From Camelus ferus (Eukaryota): a stretch of 64,000 bases of DNA. The stretch covers positions 17,052,001 to 17,116,000 of the forward strand of contig NC_045696.1 in the NCBI RefSeq assembly GCF_009834535.1, given 5' to 3'. Both the position numbers and the translations under genes were made by a program. The notes under the pieces were generated by a model, which saw only the letters and a list, made by a program, of their open reading frames with translations, had not been told where the DNA came from and did no database searches. This document shows positions 24,220-37,423 of the stretch, piece by piece; within the stretch, counting starts at the first letter, position 1; each line of letters starts with the position of its first letter.

Positions 24220-25139
24220 ACTTTTTCTTTTATTTTTTAGAGAAATGACAATTTACCAGGTATCCAAGATATTTCCTCAGCCCATCATTTGGAGAGACTG
24301 CAAGTCAGAAATATACAAATTTGAACCTCATAAAACATTGAACAAAGTTTGAGACTCAAAGTGTTAAACAGTCTATAAAAAGTGAGGAGTTTGGGTGTAT
24401 CATTTCGGGCACACAAAATACCATATTGGAAAGAATTTAATGTTTTTCAAGAACTGAAAAAACTACTTTTGTAAATAAAACAAAGCAAAGTGGGTGTTCT
24501 AAATTAAGACTGAAAGGTGGGTCATGGTTAGTTTGTGGAAGGAGCTTCATTATTTTGTAATTCTTTTGGTATTTTTCCTTAGTTATTGGAGAGTTGTGGA
24601 AGTGAATGAAAAATTAGAGCTTTCAGCATTCACAGTGTCCAAGATTATTAATTGTTATGAAACTTTCAATGCAAGTTACCCCCCAGCATATATTAACCAT
24701 ATGATGCAGAGTACATAGTGTCTTCATATCTCAAAATTTTATACTGCCCTTTTTATAGCTTTTATTTTGAGCAAGGGAAAAGGACAATTGTCTTAATATA
24801 GATTCCAAGCTATATATATTTCTTGTCGTTGTAAGAAACAGTTTATGAAGCAAAATCTTGCTAAATGTAAAACTTTAAAATTTAATATACCAGATTATTA
24901 AAATATTGCCAGTAACTAGTTCATGGACTTTAAAAGTCAAATATGTTGAGCCATTAAAAGCCTATGAAGAAAATTTAATTTTTGTGTAATTGGAATTAAA
25001 AGAAACTCTTAAAATGAAAATAAAATAAAACATTTTAACAAAGCGCTTGATGATTAATATAACAGAAAAAAGATATGTTACTTGTTAGACATAAAGCATA
25101 TATAAGCCAAATTATCAAATGAAGCAATTCAAGAATTCA

Positions 25140-25320
25140 AATAGAATTGTAAAAAAAAAAAAAAAAAAAAGTCCATGTCTTAAGCCCCGTAACCTGTGAA
25201 TAGATCACCTACAAGGCTAAAAGGACTTCAGAGTTGACTAAAATAAGGACCTTGGGATAGGAAGATGAGTCTAAGTTTTCTGGGTGAGTCCACTGTAATC
25301 ATAAGGATCTTTTTAAGAAA
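25140..25320 (+). mobile_element. MLT1D/C-like LTR 5' fragment
   Basis: 'gtccatgtcttaagccccgtaacctgtgaata...aaaaggactt...taaggaccttgggataggaagat...ctgggtgagtccactgtaatcataaggatc'. Confidence 0.75.
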
Positions 25321-25944
25321 TAAGTAAGAGCATCTTGAATTAGTTTTAAAGAAAACCATAGAAAGCAAAATACATTTTGGTAAAGTTATTATCGCTATTG
25401 AAGGATAATCACATTTGTTATACAACATACCTAGCATCATTTAAGAAATTCTTTTTGGTATTCAAATGCTCTATGTTATATAGATCTGTATAAAATGACT
25501 TAAAAGCAACTCATACATCACGTTCTCATTTCAAAACATGAAATATACACGGTGATCTCCGAGAAGGACAACTATTTGGAGCAATAGATGGCAGTATTGT
25601 TGCATATTTTTATGAATGTTATAAAGCTTTTGTTTGCTTTTAACCCTCACCCAACCGCCTTCATTACTTTCTAAAGTTTTCTAGGTCAATGTCTGAAGTT
25701 ATTAGAAGTGTTAATTTAAAGCCGTTTTTTAGCTAGGCAGTTTTGATTTGCATTTCCTCTCTCTATAAAGGGCAGTACCTGGAGAACCACAGAAGTGGGA
25801 ATAAAAGGCTTCCCTTCTTTTACATCCAGTTTGCACAGCTAAGGCACAAGGCCAGGGGCTGATGAAACTGGCACAGTGAGCTGCTATGGACTGGCCCATT
25901 CTATCCTTCCTTAGTTTATTGAGTTCCCAGTGAAATATCAAAAC

Positions 25945-26302
25945 AAGTCAGACAGAGAAAGACAAATATCATGTGACATCGCTTATATGTGAAATTTAAA
26001 AATAAAAATACAAATTTTATTTACAAACTAAAAAAAGACTCATGGACATAGAAAACAAACTATGGTTACCAAAAAGGAAGGGGAGTGGATAAATTAAGAG
26101 TTTGGGATTAACAGATGCACACTACTATATACAAAACAGATAAACAACAAGGACCTACTGTATAGCACAAGGAACTGTATTCTGTGTATTGTAATAATAT
26201 ATAATGGAAAAGAATCTGAAAAAAAATGTATGTATGTGTGTAACTGAATTGCTTTTCTGTACCCCTGAAACTAACGTTGTAAATCAACTACACTTCATTA
26301 AC
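25945..26302 (+). mobile_element. L1 3' UTR (artiodactyl L1_Art-like)
   Basis: 'aagtcagacagagaaagacaaatatcatg...gacatagaaaacaaactatggttacc...aacaaggacctactgtatagcacaaggaact...cctgaaactaacgttgtaaatcaactacacttca'. Confidence 0.9.
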
Positions 26303-26829
26303 TTTTTTTAAAAAATTGTAGAAACATGATTTATGTATATGCGATGTGACTTTAGCAGAATCCGTCTATGCTCATTAGGTAGGCCAGATCACAAAGTTTC
26401 TTCCAGGTTAAAAATGTAAAGAGGATGGAGATCGATGCAGATGTTTTGAGTTGGGTTTCACTGTGGTGTACAGCTGTGCAGGCAAAAGAGTGGTGCAAAA
26501 GGGCTCTGCAGTGGGTCAGACGTGAAGTGGGCTTTTGTGTCAGTGTTCTTTGCCTTGTTCCTTACAGACGCATGCTCTCATTGAGGGCAGTGGGTCTGAT
26601 GAGCTGGGGATGAGAAATCTTCCTTGGCTGGCTTCATTCATCAGCATTAGACTGCAATAGAGTCAAGTCTGTGTTCAAGAATCTAACCGAGGATCAAGGA
26701 ATTCTTTCTACACTCTAAATACCTGTATCTGGATTCAGCTTTTACTGGATCATCAGACCAACAACATTTTTAGCTCTTGGGCATTACAGTTCACATCTTG
26801 AATTACATCTAGAAAAACTCCTTCAACAA

Positions 26830-26960
26830 TGTTAAAGGGTACAGACTTGCCATTAAAAGATGAATAAGTTCTGCGGAACTAATGCACAGAGTAGTGATTA
26901 TAGTCAATTGCTTCACTTCAAAGTTATTGTCAATTGTTACTCTTCCATACAGAAAAGTTA
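26830..26960 (+). mobile_element. L1MA9-like 3' UTR fragment
   Basis: 'aaagggtacagacttgccattaaaagatgaataagttctgcggaactaatgcacagagtagtgattatagtcaat'. Confidence 0.65.
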
Positions 26961-28089
26961 TCACAGTGATTATTTGTTAAAGAGCTATCTAAAGTTAAAG
27001 AATAACGAAGATTAAAAATAGGTTTATTCTAAGGTATTTACCTTGTTATTTCCAGTCAGTCAGTCCCGCATTGGAGGTTACGGGGGATTATGAGTTCTGA
27101 ATAATCACAATGAGGCTTTCAGAAGCCAGAGTTTAAAATGACAGACAGATGCTCCACACAGCCTGTTACTCACAGGAGAAAACATGGTACCAACTGGATT
27201 AGAAGTAGAAAGACTAATGCACTTTTGTCCTTAAGGGTTAGAAGACAAATAGACCTTTCAGCTCTGCAGGTGAGCATAACAGGCACCCGAAATGCATTGT
27301 TTGTGCAAGGTAGTTTGTGGAATCTGCTCCATTTGTCATGGGAACTAGGGGTTGAGGCTTGGAAAATTTGAGTTATGGTTCAGGACCAGGATTAACGGCT
27401 CCATGTTCAGAGCAATACTTTGGGTTTAAAGGTGACTGACATCCCCCACATCATTGAGCAGCAGAATCTACCACAAAAATAATCAAGTTAAGTTGCAGTA
27501 TGGTTTGAAAAGAGGTGTTAAGCTTGGCTAACCTGAAGAAATGAGAAAAAATGAAATTCTATAAATTATTCCCCCCAAAGCAGATAATAAACAATATTAT
27601 TGCAGATAAATGATATTAACCCCTGTGAACTTTCCTTTTTAATACATTAATCTGGAAGGTGAAGCAAGCCTTTGCCTTTGATGTTATTCAGTTTCTGAGG
27701 AGAGACTTTCTCAGGTTTTTTGGGGGTTTTTTTTTAGTTATTTTTTTTAAATGATGGTATGGAAGATTAGCTTCTTTTTGGCAGCCAGCATGTCTTAAAT
27801 CTCCATGTAAACCCAATAGCATGCAGAGTGCCTCACACCTAGTAGGACTTCTTAAAATAAATTTTGTTGGTCTTATTATATCTTTATATCCAAGTCTAAG
27901 TTTAAATTTACTTCTACATCTTTCCAATATAAACATCTCCTTAATTGTTTCTAAAATGTTTTTAAGGAAATTTTTAAAGGGCATATAACGTATAATTTAT
28001 AAAAGCACAAAATCAGATAAATCAAAGTCAATGGCAACAGCAGGTCATGGTTTTACTCTTGCTGTGAGAGTGTCATACACAGACTAGTC

Positions 28090-28330
28090 ATTTCCTAGGC
28101 TCTGAAATCAAATGGATCTAAATTACTCATTAGACACATCACATAGAGCAAGTTAATCTCTTCTTACCTAAATGACGGGAAAAAAGTACCTTTCTCATGG
28201 ATACTATAGAATGAGAAATGCTGTGTAAATCGGATGATAAATACAAAGCTATGCTCTGTGCTGTACAGGTATCAGGCCCTTAGTAACTGTTAGCCATTTT
28301 TAGTGTACTTGTTAGTTGCATTGTTTATTA
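28090..28330 (+). mobile_element. MIR SINE (decayed)
   Basis: 'ggctctgaaatca...gagcaagttaatctc...gtacctttctcatgg...tagtaactgttagc'. Confidence 0.55.
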
Positions 28331-28364
28331 TTGTTGTTTTTATATTGTGTGGCTAACCTTGCCT

Positions 28365-28960
28365 GATGCATTCATTCTTTTATTCAGTAGTTTTTTTTAT
28401 TGAACTCCTACTATTTACCAAGCCACATGGGCTACGGGGAATTGACAATAAACTAGCTATTCTCAACTTGCCTCTAAGGAGTTTATATTTTTATAAGAAA
28501 ACAATTTAAAAAAAACAATTAGTAGACAAATAAACTAATTAAAAATTAAAGTAGGTCTTATAGAAAAAAGAAAAAGATTGGCACAGAGATTTAGGAGTGG
28601 GTAAAGGAGCACTCTGAAGAAGTGAAATATAATATAATGTATGAAGGCCTTCAGAAGACTCTGAACTAGAGAGCAGAAGGGTTTGAAAATGGGGTAGGGC
28701 TACCTCTGGGAGTAAGAGGAAGCTCATGTACAGAATACTTTAGTGGGAAATAGTTTGACATATTTAGAGAATTGGAAAAAAAAAAAACAAAAAACCTGCT
28801 GTGACTGGTGCATAAAAACCAAAGCAGGAGATGAAGGTGGAGAAACAGACTGTAAATCAATCAATTTAAACATGGTATAGAACAGTAATAAGTTTGTATT
28901 AATTATAAGCACTTTGAGTCAGATTAAACAAAAGAGTGACAAATAATTTAGTTTTTTAGA
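28365..28960 (-). mobile_element. L2 3' region
   Basis: Antisense tail 'cattcattc...ttattgaactcctactatttaccaagcc...tgcctctaaggagtttata' followed by purine-rich L2 body. Confidence 0.6.
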
Positions 28961-29846
28961 GGGATTTAACTTTTATAGAACAGTTTGTATAACACAGTGT
29001 GATTTCTTTTTCAAAAGGATGGATTATGTCTTTTAGACTTGCGTTTGGTTTATGTTTCTTGGTATCAAGCAGGCAGTTATTTAAAACTTTATACAAACCA
29101 CAATTAATCTCTGAACCACTTGCAATAACTCTATATTGATGTTTAATGACTGAAAGATAAGGTTAAGCATGAGAACTATTTGAAAATAAAGTGCTTTTTA
29201 AAGTATCAGAATAGTTTTACTTAAATAACTAGTATGTATAAGTATGTTCCTCTATTTTACATAGGGCTCAGCTCTTGAAGGAAATATCATTGGCTGAATG
29301 TAGAAATATTTGTTTCATTACTGAAACACTTCAAAAATCCATCTTTTGGAGTATGGCTTGCCATTATTATATGGACTAAATGTAATGAATTGATCTCAAC
29401 ACTCACTTTTAAATGTTCTCATCACAAGCTACCATTCAGGTTGAGTTAGGTAATCCTTTATGAGAGCCTGAGTTTGCAGATTTTATACACTTCTAGAATT
29501 TAATTTTTCTCTAGTGTCCAACTATACAACATTAAAACTGAGCTATCCTACAAAACCTGCATTATCCCCTGTTAATAAAGACCATCAGACTCATATATTA
29601 AATAAATTGACCATGTTTATAGAGTTAGGCTTCATACAGAGTACATAAAACTACCATAGTTAGTCAGTAAAAGTATCAGGAGTAACAAATATGAATAGTT
29701 GTTAAAAAGGAAGTGGATGACTCTATGATCAATAGCCCTCTATAGACAGATATAATGGTAGAACACTGTAATACAGAATAGCGAAAGCTATCACAAATAA
29801 TAAACACATATAAATATTAATTCTTTTACTATTTTTTGTATATATA

Positions 29847-30062
29847 GATTTTTATTGAAGTATATTCAGTTTACAATGTTGTGTCAATTTCTTGTGTACA
29901 GCATAATACTTCAGTCATACATGAACATACATATATTCATTTTCATATTCTTTTTCACTATAAGTTACTACAAGATATTGAATATAGTTCCCTGTGTTAT
30001 ATAGTATGAACCTGTTGTTTATCTATTTTATACATAGTAGTTAGTAACTTGCAAATCTTGAA
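29847..30062 (-). mobile_element. Young L1 3' end, 5'-truncated
   Basis: 'ttttattgaagtatattcagtttacaatgttgtgtcaatttc...catacatgaacatacata...gaatatagttccctgtg'; closely similar to the copy at 40981 onward. Confidence 0.9.
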
Positions 30063-30689
30063 GTTAAGAACAAACATCCTATAGCGGCAATGGAGCCCTA
30101 AGAGTCCCCATGGATAGTACGTACCAGTTGGACATCTTTTAAAGGAGCCAGACTCTTCCTGGAAACTCGTTTAGACTTGGCACCAAAACTCTTTGCAAAA
30201 ATTCGTATTTATGCTTCTAGATTCTAAATTTGTCTATGTCTTTTTACACTACAACCTTAAATTACAATTATAAAGAGAAACATATAATATCCTTTTTGCT
30301 TTTTAAACTATTTTTCCTGGTACTCTTTTTTTTTAATCTTTTTTTTTTTTCCAATTTTGCTTTATTCTTCTTTGCTTCTCTCACCAAAATCCAACCTATG
30401 TACAAATTTTCACTATGTCCATTAGAATCTCATTCTGCCATCAATGCATCTCTTCACAGAGTTCAATTTCCACTTTTTCTTTAACTGAAATTGTTTAACA
30501 TTTTTCTATATTGAAAAAAACTTATTAAGCCTTCATTGGCTGCTTATTCTCTCCATAATGGTCACATTTCTGGAATGTAACGTTATATTTTTTCTCTATT
30601 GGACCTTGCCTCAGATTGAATTTTTAACACTGGCATTCTAATTGTTTCTCCACCATTTCTTTATGCCTGTTTTTCACTCCCTATAAGCT

Positions 30690-31225
30690 GCAGTTGTGGT
30701 ACCTAGCCTACAGTACCACCAGTCCAGGGAGCCTGGACAGCAACCTTGCTCAACAGTGGAACAGATTCTTCAGCCCCTCCCTCCTGAGGAGGAGTACAGT
30801 GGAGGCTCCTCTGATTAGAGACCCTGGCCAGTGACGTCTTCCAACAGTGGAGCACGACTCAATCGCAAAGCCCAGCCTGAGGCCCTACTGAACTTTGAGG
30901 CACAGTCTGTACCCCCTTCTGATCACAGAGCACAGCGTGAGGCCCATTCTGCCCAGGTGAAATTATGGAGCACAGCCTGCAGCTCCGTGCAAACTACAGA
31001 AGCTGTCCAGCAACACTGCCCTCCCAGAAAACACAGCCTGTGACTGTGCATGACCAGAGGTGATTGCAGAGCCCAGCTATGGCCCCATCTGCCCACAGAG
31101 CACAGCCAGCAACACTGCTTGACCAAGAGTCCACCCAGTGGTCATACTTGTACATGAGCCCAGCTACCAAGCTCACCCAACCATACAACTCAGCCAGCAA
31201 AAGCCATGCTTCAACCTCGGAGATT
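30690..31225 (+). mobile_element. GC-richer segment with a degenerate ~30-bp tandem repeat; probable old L1 (L1M2/L1M3-type) 5' UTR
   Basis: Recurring GAGCACAGCC/GAGCCCAGC cores at ~30-bp spacing are visible; the L1 5' UTR assignment is from recollection of such arrays. Confidence 0.55.
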
Positions 31226-32384
31226 TTGAATCAGTTTGCCTTGGAAATGAACATTTATTTGAACATTACAAAAAAACAAATTTCCCCATGATTCAATTGT
31301 TGCAGACAAGGTTGAAGGTAAAGGGAATGCAGATAGAAGAGGTGGAGAGAGTATGAGGGTTTTGAAGAAAACCGATCCACTGGGCTCAAAGGGATAATTC
31401 TAGTGAGATGTAGAGGAGATGTGAGCAACGGAATAAGAAAGGGCAATGCATCATCTAGGGAATGATGACCATACTGGGGACATGTCCTGAATCAACAACA
31501 TAATTCAATTAGGTTTTAAAAAAAATCATGTCCTTTTTGGCTTACAAGCTTTTGATTTTTACCCAGAGTCTTTTTTAATTCCATATATTCTATTTCAAGT
31601 ACAGAAGCGGTGGGCTTTTCTCATTCTGAAAGTTCCCAGATTTTAGTAATCTGAATCCATTTACATTCAAAACACACAATTCTAATCATTTAGATCCAAA
31701 ATCTTTTGTTCTCATGTACTGCTCAATTTGTTTTCTTAATCATTCTTTCCACTATGCTTTTTGCCAACTCAATCTATACTTCATTGAAATGTTAACTTAA
31801 TACTATTTAATAAAGTTCTCTCTCACAACCAGATACCTAGACTCTGCTTTGTAAGCTACTGCCTTCATCTCTGAATCTGGGAAATACATTTTGGGCTTTG
31901 ACTGCCTCCTAAAACTCCCTCCCGCTGTGTTTTCCTGTAAACAGTTTCCAGTGATTTCTTCAATACTCAAAGAAGTCATAATGAAGCACTTATTCTTAGA
32001 GTCACAATTTTATTTGATGTCTCTGAAGTTAAGGAATATTCTTTATTAGGGATTGATGACATTCATGATAGCTACATGTCTTCAGAGGAGAAATAAATGC
32101 TATATAATGTTGTCTATAGTGGGAAATATTTTCTAGGGTATATGTTTTTAGATATTTTAGTGGCAGAGTACTAACTTAAAATAGGTTATATACTTGAAAT
32201 TGTATAAAACTAAACCGAAGAAAGGAATGGATAAAGCCATAAAGCTGACATATGAAATGGAATCACATTGACAGGCTCTGGTTGAATCAAGATAGGACAG
32301 CCCAGATTCTCTATGCCTTTTGTCTCTCAATAACTTTCCCTACAAAGAGTCTCCAAATTCCCAATAAATCATTTTGAAAATCAC

Positions 32385-32570
32385 TAGGACAGTAGGTAAG
32401 ACCCAAGTCCAAATTTAGAAAGCCAGCATGATCCTGATACAGCTTCTACAGAGCCAGCTGTGTGGCTTTGGTCTCTGTGACTTTTCGCTTTTTCAATCTT
32501 GGATAAACTAGTGAGGGTAGGAGGGAAATAGATGACTTAAATTCCATTCTAGTCAAAATGTTTGATCTAC
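32385..32570 (+). mobile_element. MIR3/MIRc-like SINE (highly decayed)
   Basis: 'ccagctgtgtggctttgg' core and tail 'aatagatgacttaaattccattctag'. Confidence 0.45.
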
Positions 32571-33309
32571 ATTTAATTACTTACCAAAATGGAAAGGCTT
32601 ATGAGTTTACAATCAATGTATTTATGAAATCCAAAATGATAAAGTCCCCAGAGGAAATGCAGCAATAAATCATTGTTCAGATGGTTTGAAATAGCAAGCA
32701 ATCTTTTCTCTTTGTATTTTAGAGCAATTTTGAATTGCATATAGAACCCCTATGACTTTCTGTGATCATAAAAAATGAATGACTAGAATGAAACAGATGA
32801 ATGGCCAGTGGCTATAATACATATTAATTGAATTATTTGCTAAGTACTTCACAAATATGAATTCATAATAGCCTATTACAGGAAAAAAGAAGTTTCAATC
32901 TTTATAAGATCTAAAACTTGACAATCCATTTTAAGCACCTAGTGTTCTCTTTTCCCCAGATTCATTATGTAGGGGATTAAAAGAAGAAAAGAACAGGGGA
33001 TTCCTAAGAACCAAAGAGTGTTTACAGATTTTATGGTTGCACATCAGCTTAGTGTTTGACTTTTAAAACACGATGTAAATTTCTGTTCATTATGAATATT
33101 CAATCACTAGTCAACTCTAGAGATACCTAAGTCTAGTAGGTTCAGATCGATGGAAAAACAAAATATTTGTGAAACAATCAGAATAGTCATGAGTCTATCA
33201 TACAGTGTCCCAGTAAACAATTGGGGTAAATATGTAATTAAATACCTTAGAGAAAAACGAACATTTTGCTCATAATTATGAATGCTACATTTTTAAGTTT
33301 TCAGTTCTA

Positions 33310-33760
33310 TGTTCCCTTACCATCCACTTGATCCCTGAAGCTACTTTGTACTCTTCACAATGTGAGGAGATTAACCTACAGGAAATATTAAATTAATTCC
33401 TTGCCCTCTGAATTCCAGCTGTATTTGGCCAATGATAAGGGAGGAGCAGAAGTTCAGTGTACCGTTCTCCCTGGTTCCCTCATCTGGGGCCCCAGTGCCT
33501 TTCGACCGAAGATTACTGCTTCCCCTCAGGCAGCCTTCTCTACAAGACTCTCTCCTCTGGGTCTAGGTAATCACCCGTCCCTCTCATCTTATTTAGGGAT
33601 TACAAGAGGTGACACTCTGAACATTCTGCTTCTGTGTTGCTGCAGTGTCTGCTGTGGTTTTTTCACAACCTGCTTACATTTTTGTAAATAGTGTCTGTGT
33701 GAAATCATCTAGTAATTGTGCTGTAGGGATGTGCCACCTGCTTCTTGTGGTCAGTAATCA
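33310..33760 (+). mobile_element. LTR33-like ERVL LTR
   Basis: 'ccttgccctctg...tttggccaatg...cgaccgaag...caggcagccttctc...tttgtaaatagt...tgtgccacctgcttcttg' follows the LTR33 motif order. Confidence 0.8.
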
Positions 33761-34067
33761 GGAACCCCTATTGTAACACCAAAATGATGTCTCAGAACTG
33801 ACTCTTTCAAAATTTTATTTAGTCTTTAAGCAAATACCAAGTGCGAGATCCTCTGCTGGAAAATGAGAAAACAATAGCAGGTTATTTTCTCATCCTATTC
33901 TGTTTTTAATAATATCTCTAAAAGGCCACCACCTCTAAGGTTTCCTCAGACTCAATATACATTTTTTGGGAGTCTATTTTCAAATATATAAAGGCTTTTA
34001 CCTTAACTCTTGCTATAACTTAGAAAGAATGTTTGTCTTTTCTTCTTGAATCTGTTCTATTCAAGTT

Positions 34068-34200
34068 TTATTCATTCATTCATATCTTGAGCACATACTC
34101 ACTGAGCATTATTATTGGTCAGGAACTTGGATAGATGTTGAGTTACAGCAATGACCAAAACTTACAAACCCTCCTGTCCTCTAAGAGCTTACATCCTGGT
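34068..34200 (-). mobile_element. L2 3' tail
   Basis: 'ttcattcattcat...actgagcattattattggtcaggaac...tacagcaatgaccaaaac...cctgtcctctaagagcttacatcctgg'. Confidence 0.7.
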
Positions 34201-34637
34201 ATCGGTCCTTTACAGTGTACCACAGGGCGGACACTCTTCTTTAATCTGACCAGGAAAACATGCATTTTTTCCACGTCATTCTATGGCAGTCATTCCATTT
34301 CTCTGGTCCATGGGAAACTTCAGCTATCTTTTTACACTGTCTTAATAAGTAGCCTCAGTCTTTCAAACTGTAATGTCTCAATGGAAAACCCTCCTGTGGC
34401 ATTTTAGAATGGGTAACTCTTCCTGATCTTGATGCTTCCTGCCCATCTCCTTCCATATGAAAATGTAATTTATAAGAAACATTTCTGCAATCTGTATGAG
34501 AGGTTTTACTCCCCCTACTGCTTTCTAAAAAATATAAACATATATTTTAATGACACCATTTAAGATTTTTTGAAAATATGTGCCTAAGGATTTCTTAGAC
34601 ACTTTGTTTTTGGCAGAGGTCAAAAGGGAGACATCTC

Positions 34638-35127
34638 TGTTAGGAGAAAATTCTCCGTGGATCACTTGCATTCTGTATGTTTTATAAAGAGGTGTTGGCA
34701 GTTTTTATTGCTGATTCCATTTTAAGAATGTTTGAATAAAAGGCAGTCTTGGAACAGAAATATCAGCATCTTCCTGGAGTCAGAATAGATTTGTTTCCTG
34801 ACCAGAATAATAAAGATACTGTTTCTCTCTGGAACAAAGTCTGAGCAGATCTGTTAGGTGTCCCTTTGAAATATTGGGTATTTCCTAAGCTCTGGGTTCC
34901 TTAATAGGACAGAACTCACTGCATGCAGCATTCACTTGGGCTGCTTCCCATGGGACTCAGAGGCAACGGGAGCCAATGTGAGCATGAAACTCCTGCTGTT
35001 TGTCGTACTGTGAGGAATGAAGTCATTTGTCTCTGACTTAGGCATCTCATGTGTTCTGCTAGCATTGATGAAACTATGAAAAGTTAATTTTTCAGTTTGC
35101 AAACAGGGTAAAATTACAGTTCCTGAT
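34638..35127 (+). mobile_element. LTR40-like ERVL solo LTR
   Basis: Starts TGTTAGGAGAAAATTCTCCGTGG; contains 'cctaagctctgggttcct', 'tttgtctctgacttagg..tctcatgtgttctgctagcattgatgaaact' and 'ttgcaaacagggtaaaat'. Confidence 0.8.
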
Positions 35128-37332
35128 TTGTTCACCCTCTGCACTATCTGGAACATTGGTTTTCATAATAGTTGCTTAGGAGATTCTAGTGAAATAAAGA
35201 AGTCATACCTGACTTTCTATGCTTCAATTCAAAATTGACACATTGAAGGATCGTTGACTGGAACTTGTCACATGACCATACCAGGTGGGAGGGTAAATAT
35301 ACCCTTCCTAGGTTCAGTTCTCCAGAAAAAAGAAAACTGTACATGGTGAGTACTGGTAATATACAACCCCATGGGATGTCCCTATCATGTGGTCTGTGGA
35401 CTGACCTCCTTCCCCAGCTTACAAATGTAAGATATTTATGATGGGCAGTTGGTGAAAGAATTTGTATGAAGAGCTTCCTCCTTTTATGACTGTTTATTTT
35501 TAAATTTCCAACGTGGGAATACTACTGGATTTTTCTAGGTTTGCATTTAAAAATTGCACATTTTTTTCCAAGGAAGATTATACGATTTGCCTCCTAACAC
35601 ATTCTTTCACTTTTCACTCACAGGCAAAAATCCAGTCGTCAAAATTTCTTTTATTTCAATAATTTCTGGATTTTGACATCATTCTCTCCATATTAGGCTT
35701 ATGTTTACCTTTAATCATTTACTTTATTTTGTATCATGAGCCTTGAGAAGAGAGCTATTAACATGTCATTCTTTCCAGATGTTCCCAAGAAAGATCTGGA
35801 GATTTTTAAATCACTATACAGTTCTTGGTAACTATGAGCTATTCCACAGTACTTTAACCATCTTATGGAGTTTCAGATTTTGGATGATAAGTAGGTTTAA
35901 TCTCATCAATCTTCGCTGAACTATTTGTAGAATCTGTTTGGATTGTTTGGTAGAAAATTGCTGTGATAGCTGCTGTGGGCCTGTGAGGGATAATAAAGTA
36001 CATACACTGAATAATACCCCAACCCAGTGGAATTTTCTTTAAGCATTTCACATAAAAGCATAGTCTGATTGAGAAGGAAAGTGTTATCAGACGAGGTTAT
36101 AGGACTCTTCATTTGTCGGACCAAGTGGGACCTCCTGAACAATATTAAAGCTCCTGATATTTATACTAAAGCAATAGAAATCCACTGAAGAATTTTAGCT
36201 CATTTCTGCCTGATAAATTGCCCTCATCTCCACACAATATCCACCATATAGGTGGCTGCTTTCTGTTTGGAATAACAACCAACCTTTTCTATTGACATAT
36301 TTCCTAAGACTAAAACTCAATCCATTAAAATGTCTAATGCAAACTTGAAAGAAAGGATAGGGTGATGGAGAAAAGTCAGAAGATTAAAGTATTTCTATTG
36401 GGGTAAGGTGCTTTTTGAGGTACAAAGATAAGGAAATGTCTTGGAGGAGACAGTCTAGGGGAGATCTTATCAAAGTGGAATTTGATTAAAGTGATGTTCA
36501 TTTCTCTGAAAGCTCTTTCTAGTGTTCTGATTAAAAATAAGTTCTTCTTTTATTTATGTCTCTAATATTCTTATATATTTTGGACAGGATTTTAGTCATT
36601 ACTTGGTGCTATACATTTATTGCAACAGAAAATTAAATTTACCTGTTTACCTGTCTTACCATAGTGATATGGAAATTTTTCTTCTTTGGACTTGCACATT
36701 TGATAATGTACAGATGATTCCTATGCTTTTATAAAAATCATTTTAATTACTATGTAGACTACAGTTAATTTTATAATTTTGATTATATTGAAAACAAATA
36801 ATATTAAACCTAGGGTTGTGATAACCTTCTTCAAAAAGTCACAGATTAGAACATCTAGTACACCCTGGGAAGTAATTAGCCAGACTGAACAGTCATTATC
36901 AGTAGCAGTTTCATGGAGGAAAAAAAATCAGATAAATCTTCAACCCATGAGTGTATTAAATGTGGAGGCATAAAGTTTCTGGCTAAAATATCTGTAGTGT
37001 GTGGGCAACATCTTGCAACTCGTAAAATAAACTGCTAGTTGTTTTTTTAACTTGGCCTAAGGATAGGAAATTTGTATTTCATTAGCTCTGTATGATGTAG
37101 ATCTGAGTTAATCAGATCTCAGGCCCAGATATGGGCACAAGAAGAATGTTTATCCACAAGAATGCTACAGGCAGTTTAATTTTCTCATGATAATCGCTCT
37201 CTACCCTATGAATTATTCTAATTATTTCTCTCTCATGACTCATAAATAAAAACAAGTTTTTGAGATAGTGAAATAAAAGCAGAAGCATCATGATTAGCAA
37301 TACTAATACAATTTCCCAAATTATCTATCTTT

Positions 37333-37423
37333 TATATGTATATATATGTGTGTGTGTGTATGTATATGTGTGTGTGTCTCTCTCTCTCTCTCTCTCTCTC
37401 CCTCTCTCTCTCTCTATATATAT
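37333..37423. repeat. Compound (TA)n(TG)n(TC)n microsatellite
   Basis: Directly visible. Confidence 0.95.

Noticed and set aside
23795..24352. Longest ORFs in the window (185 aa, and 115 aa at 23893-24240)
   Set aside because: Open only because a C/T microsatellite cannot contain stop codons; the products are F/S/L/P low-complexity.
27236..27269. 34-nt micro-exon candidate (CTAAT...TTAAG| to CAG|GTGAGC)
   Set aside because: Short pyrimidine tract, frame-shifting length and no supporting context.
30868..31206. CRISPR-like array or repeat-protein gene
   Set aside because: Units are degenerate along their whole length, with no invariant repeat, unique spacers or cas genes; eukaryotic context; no long ORF spans the array.
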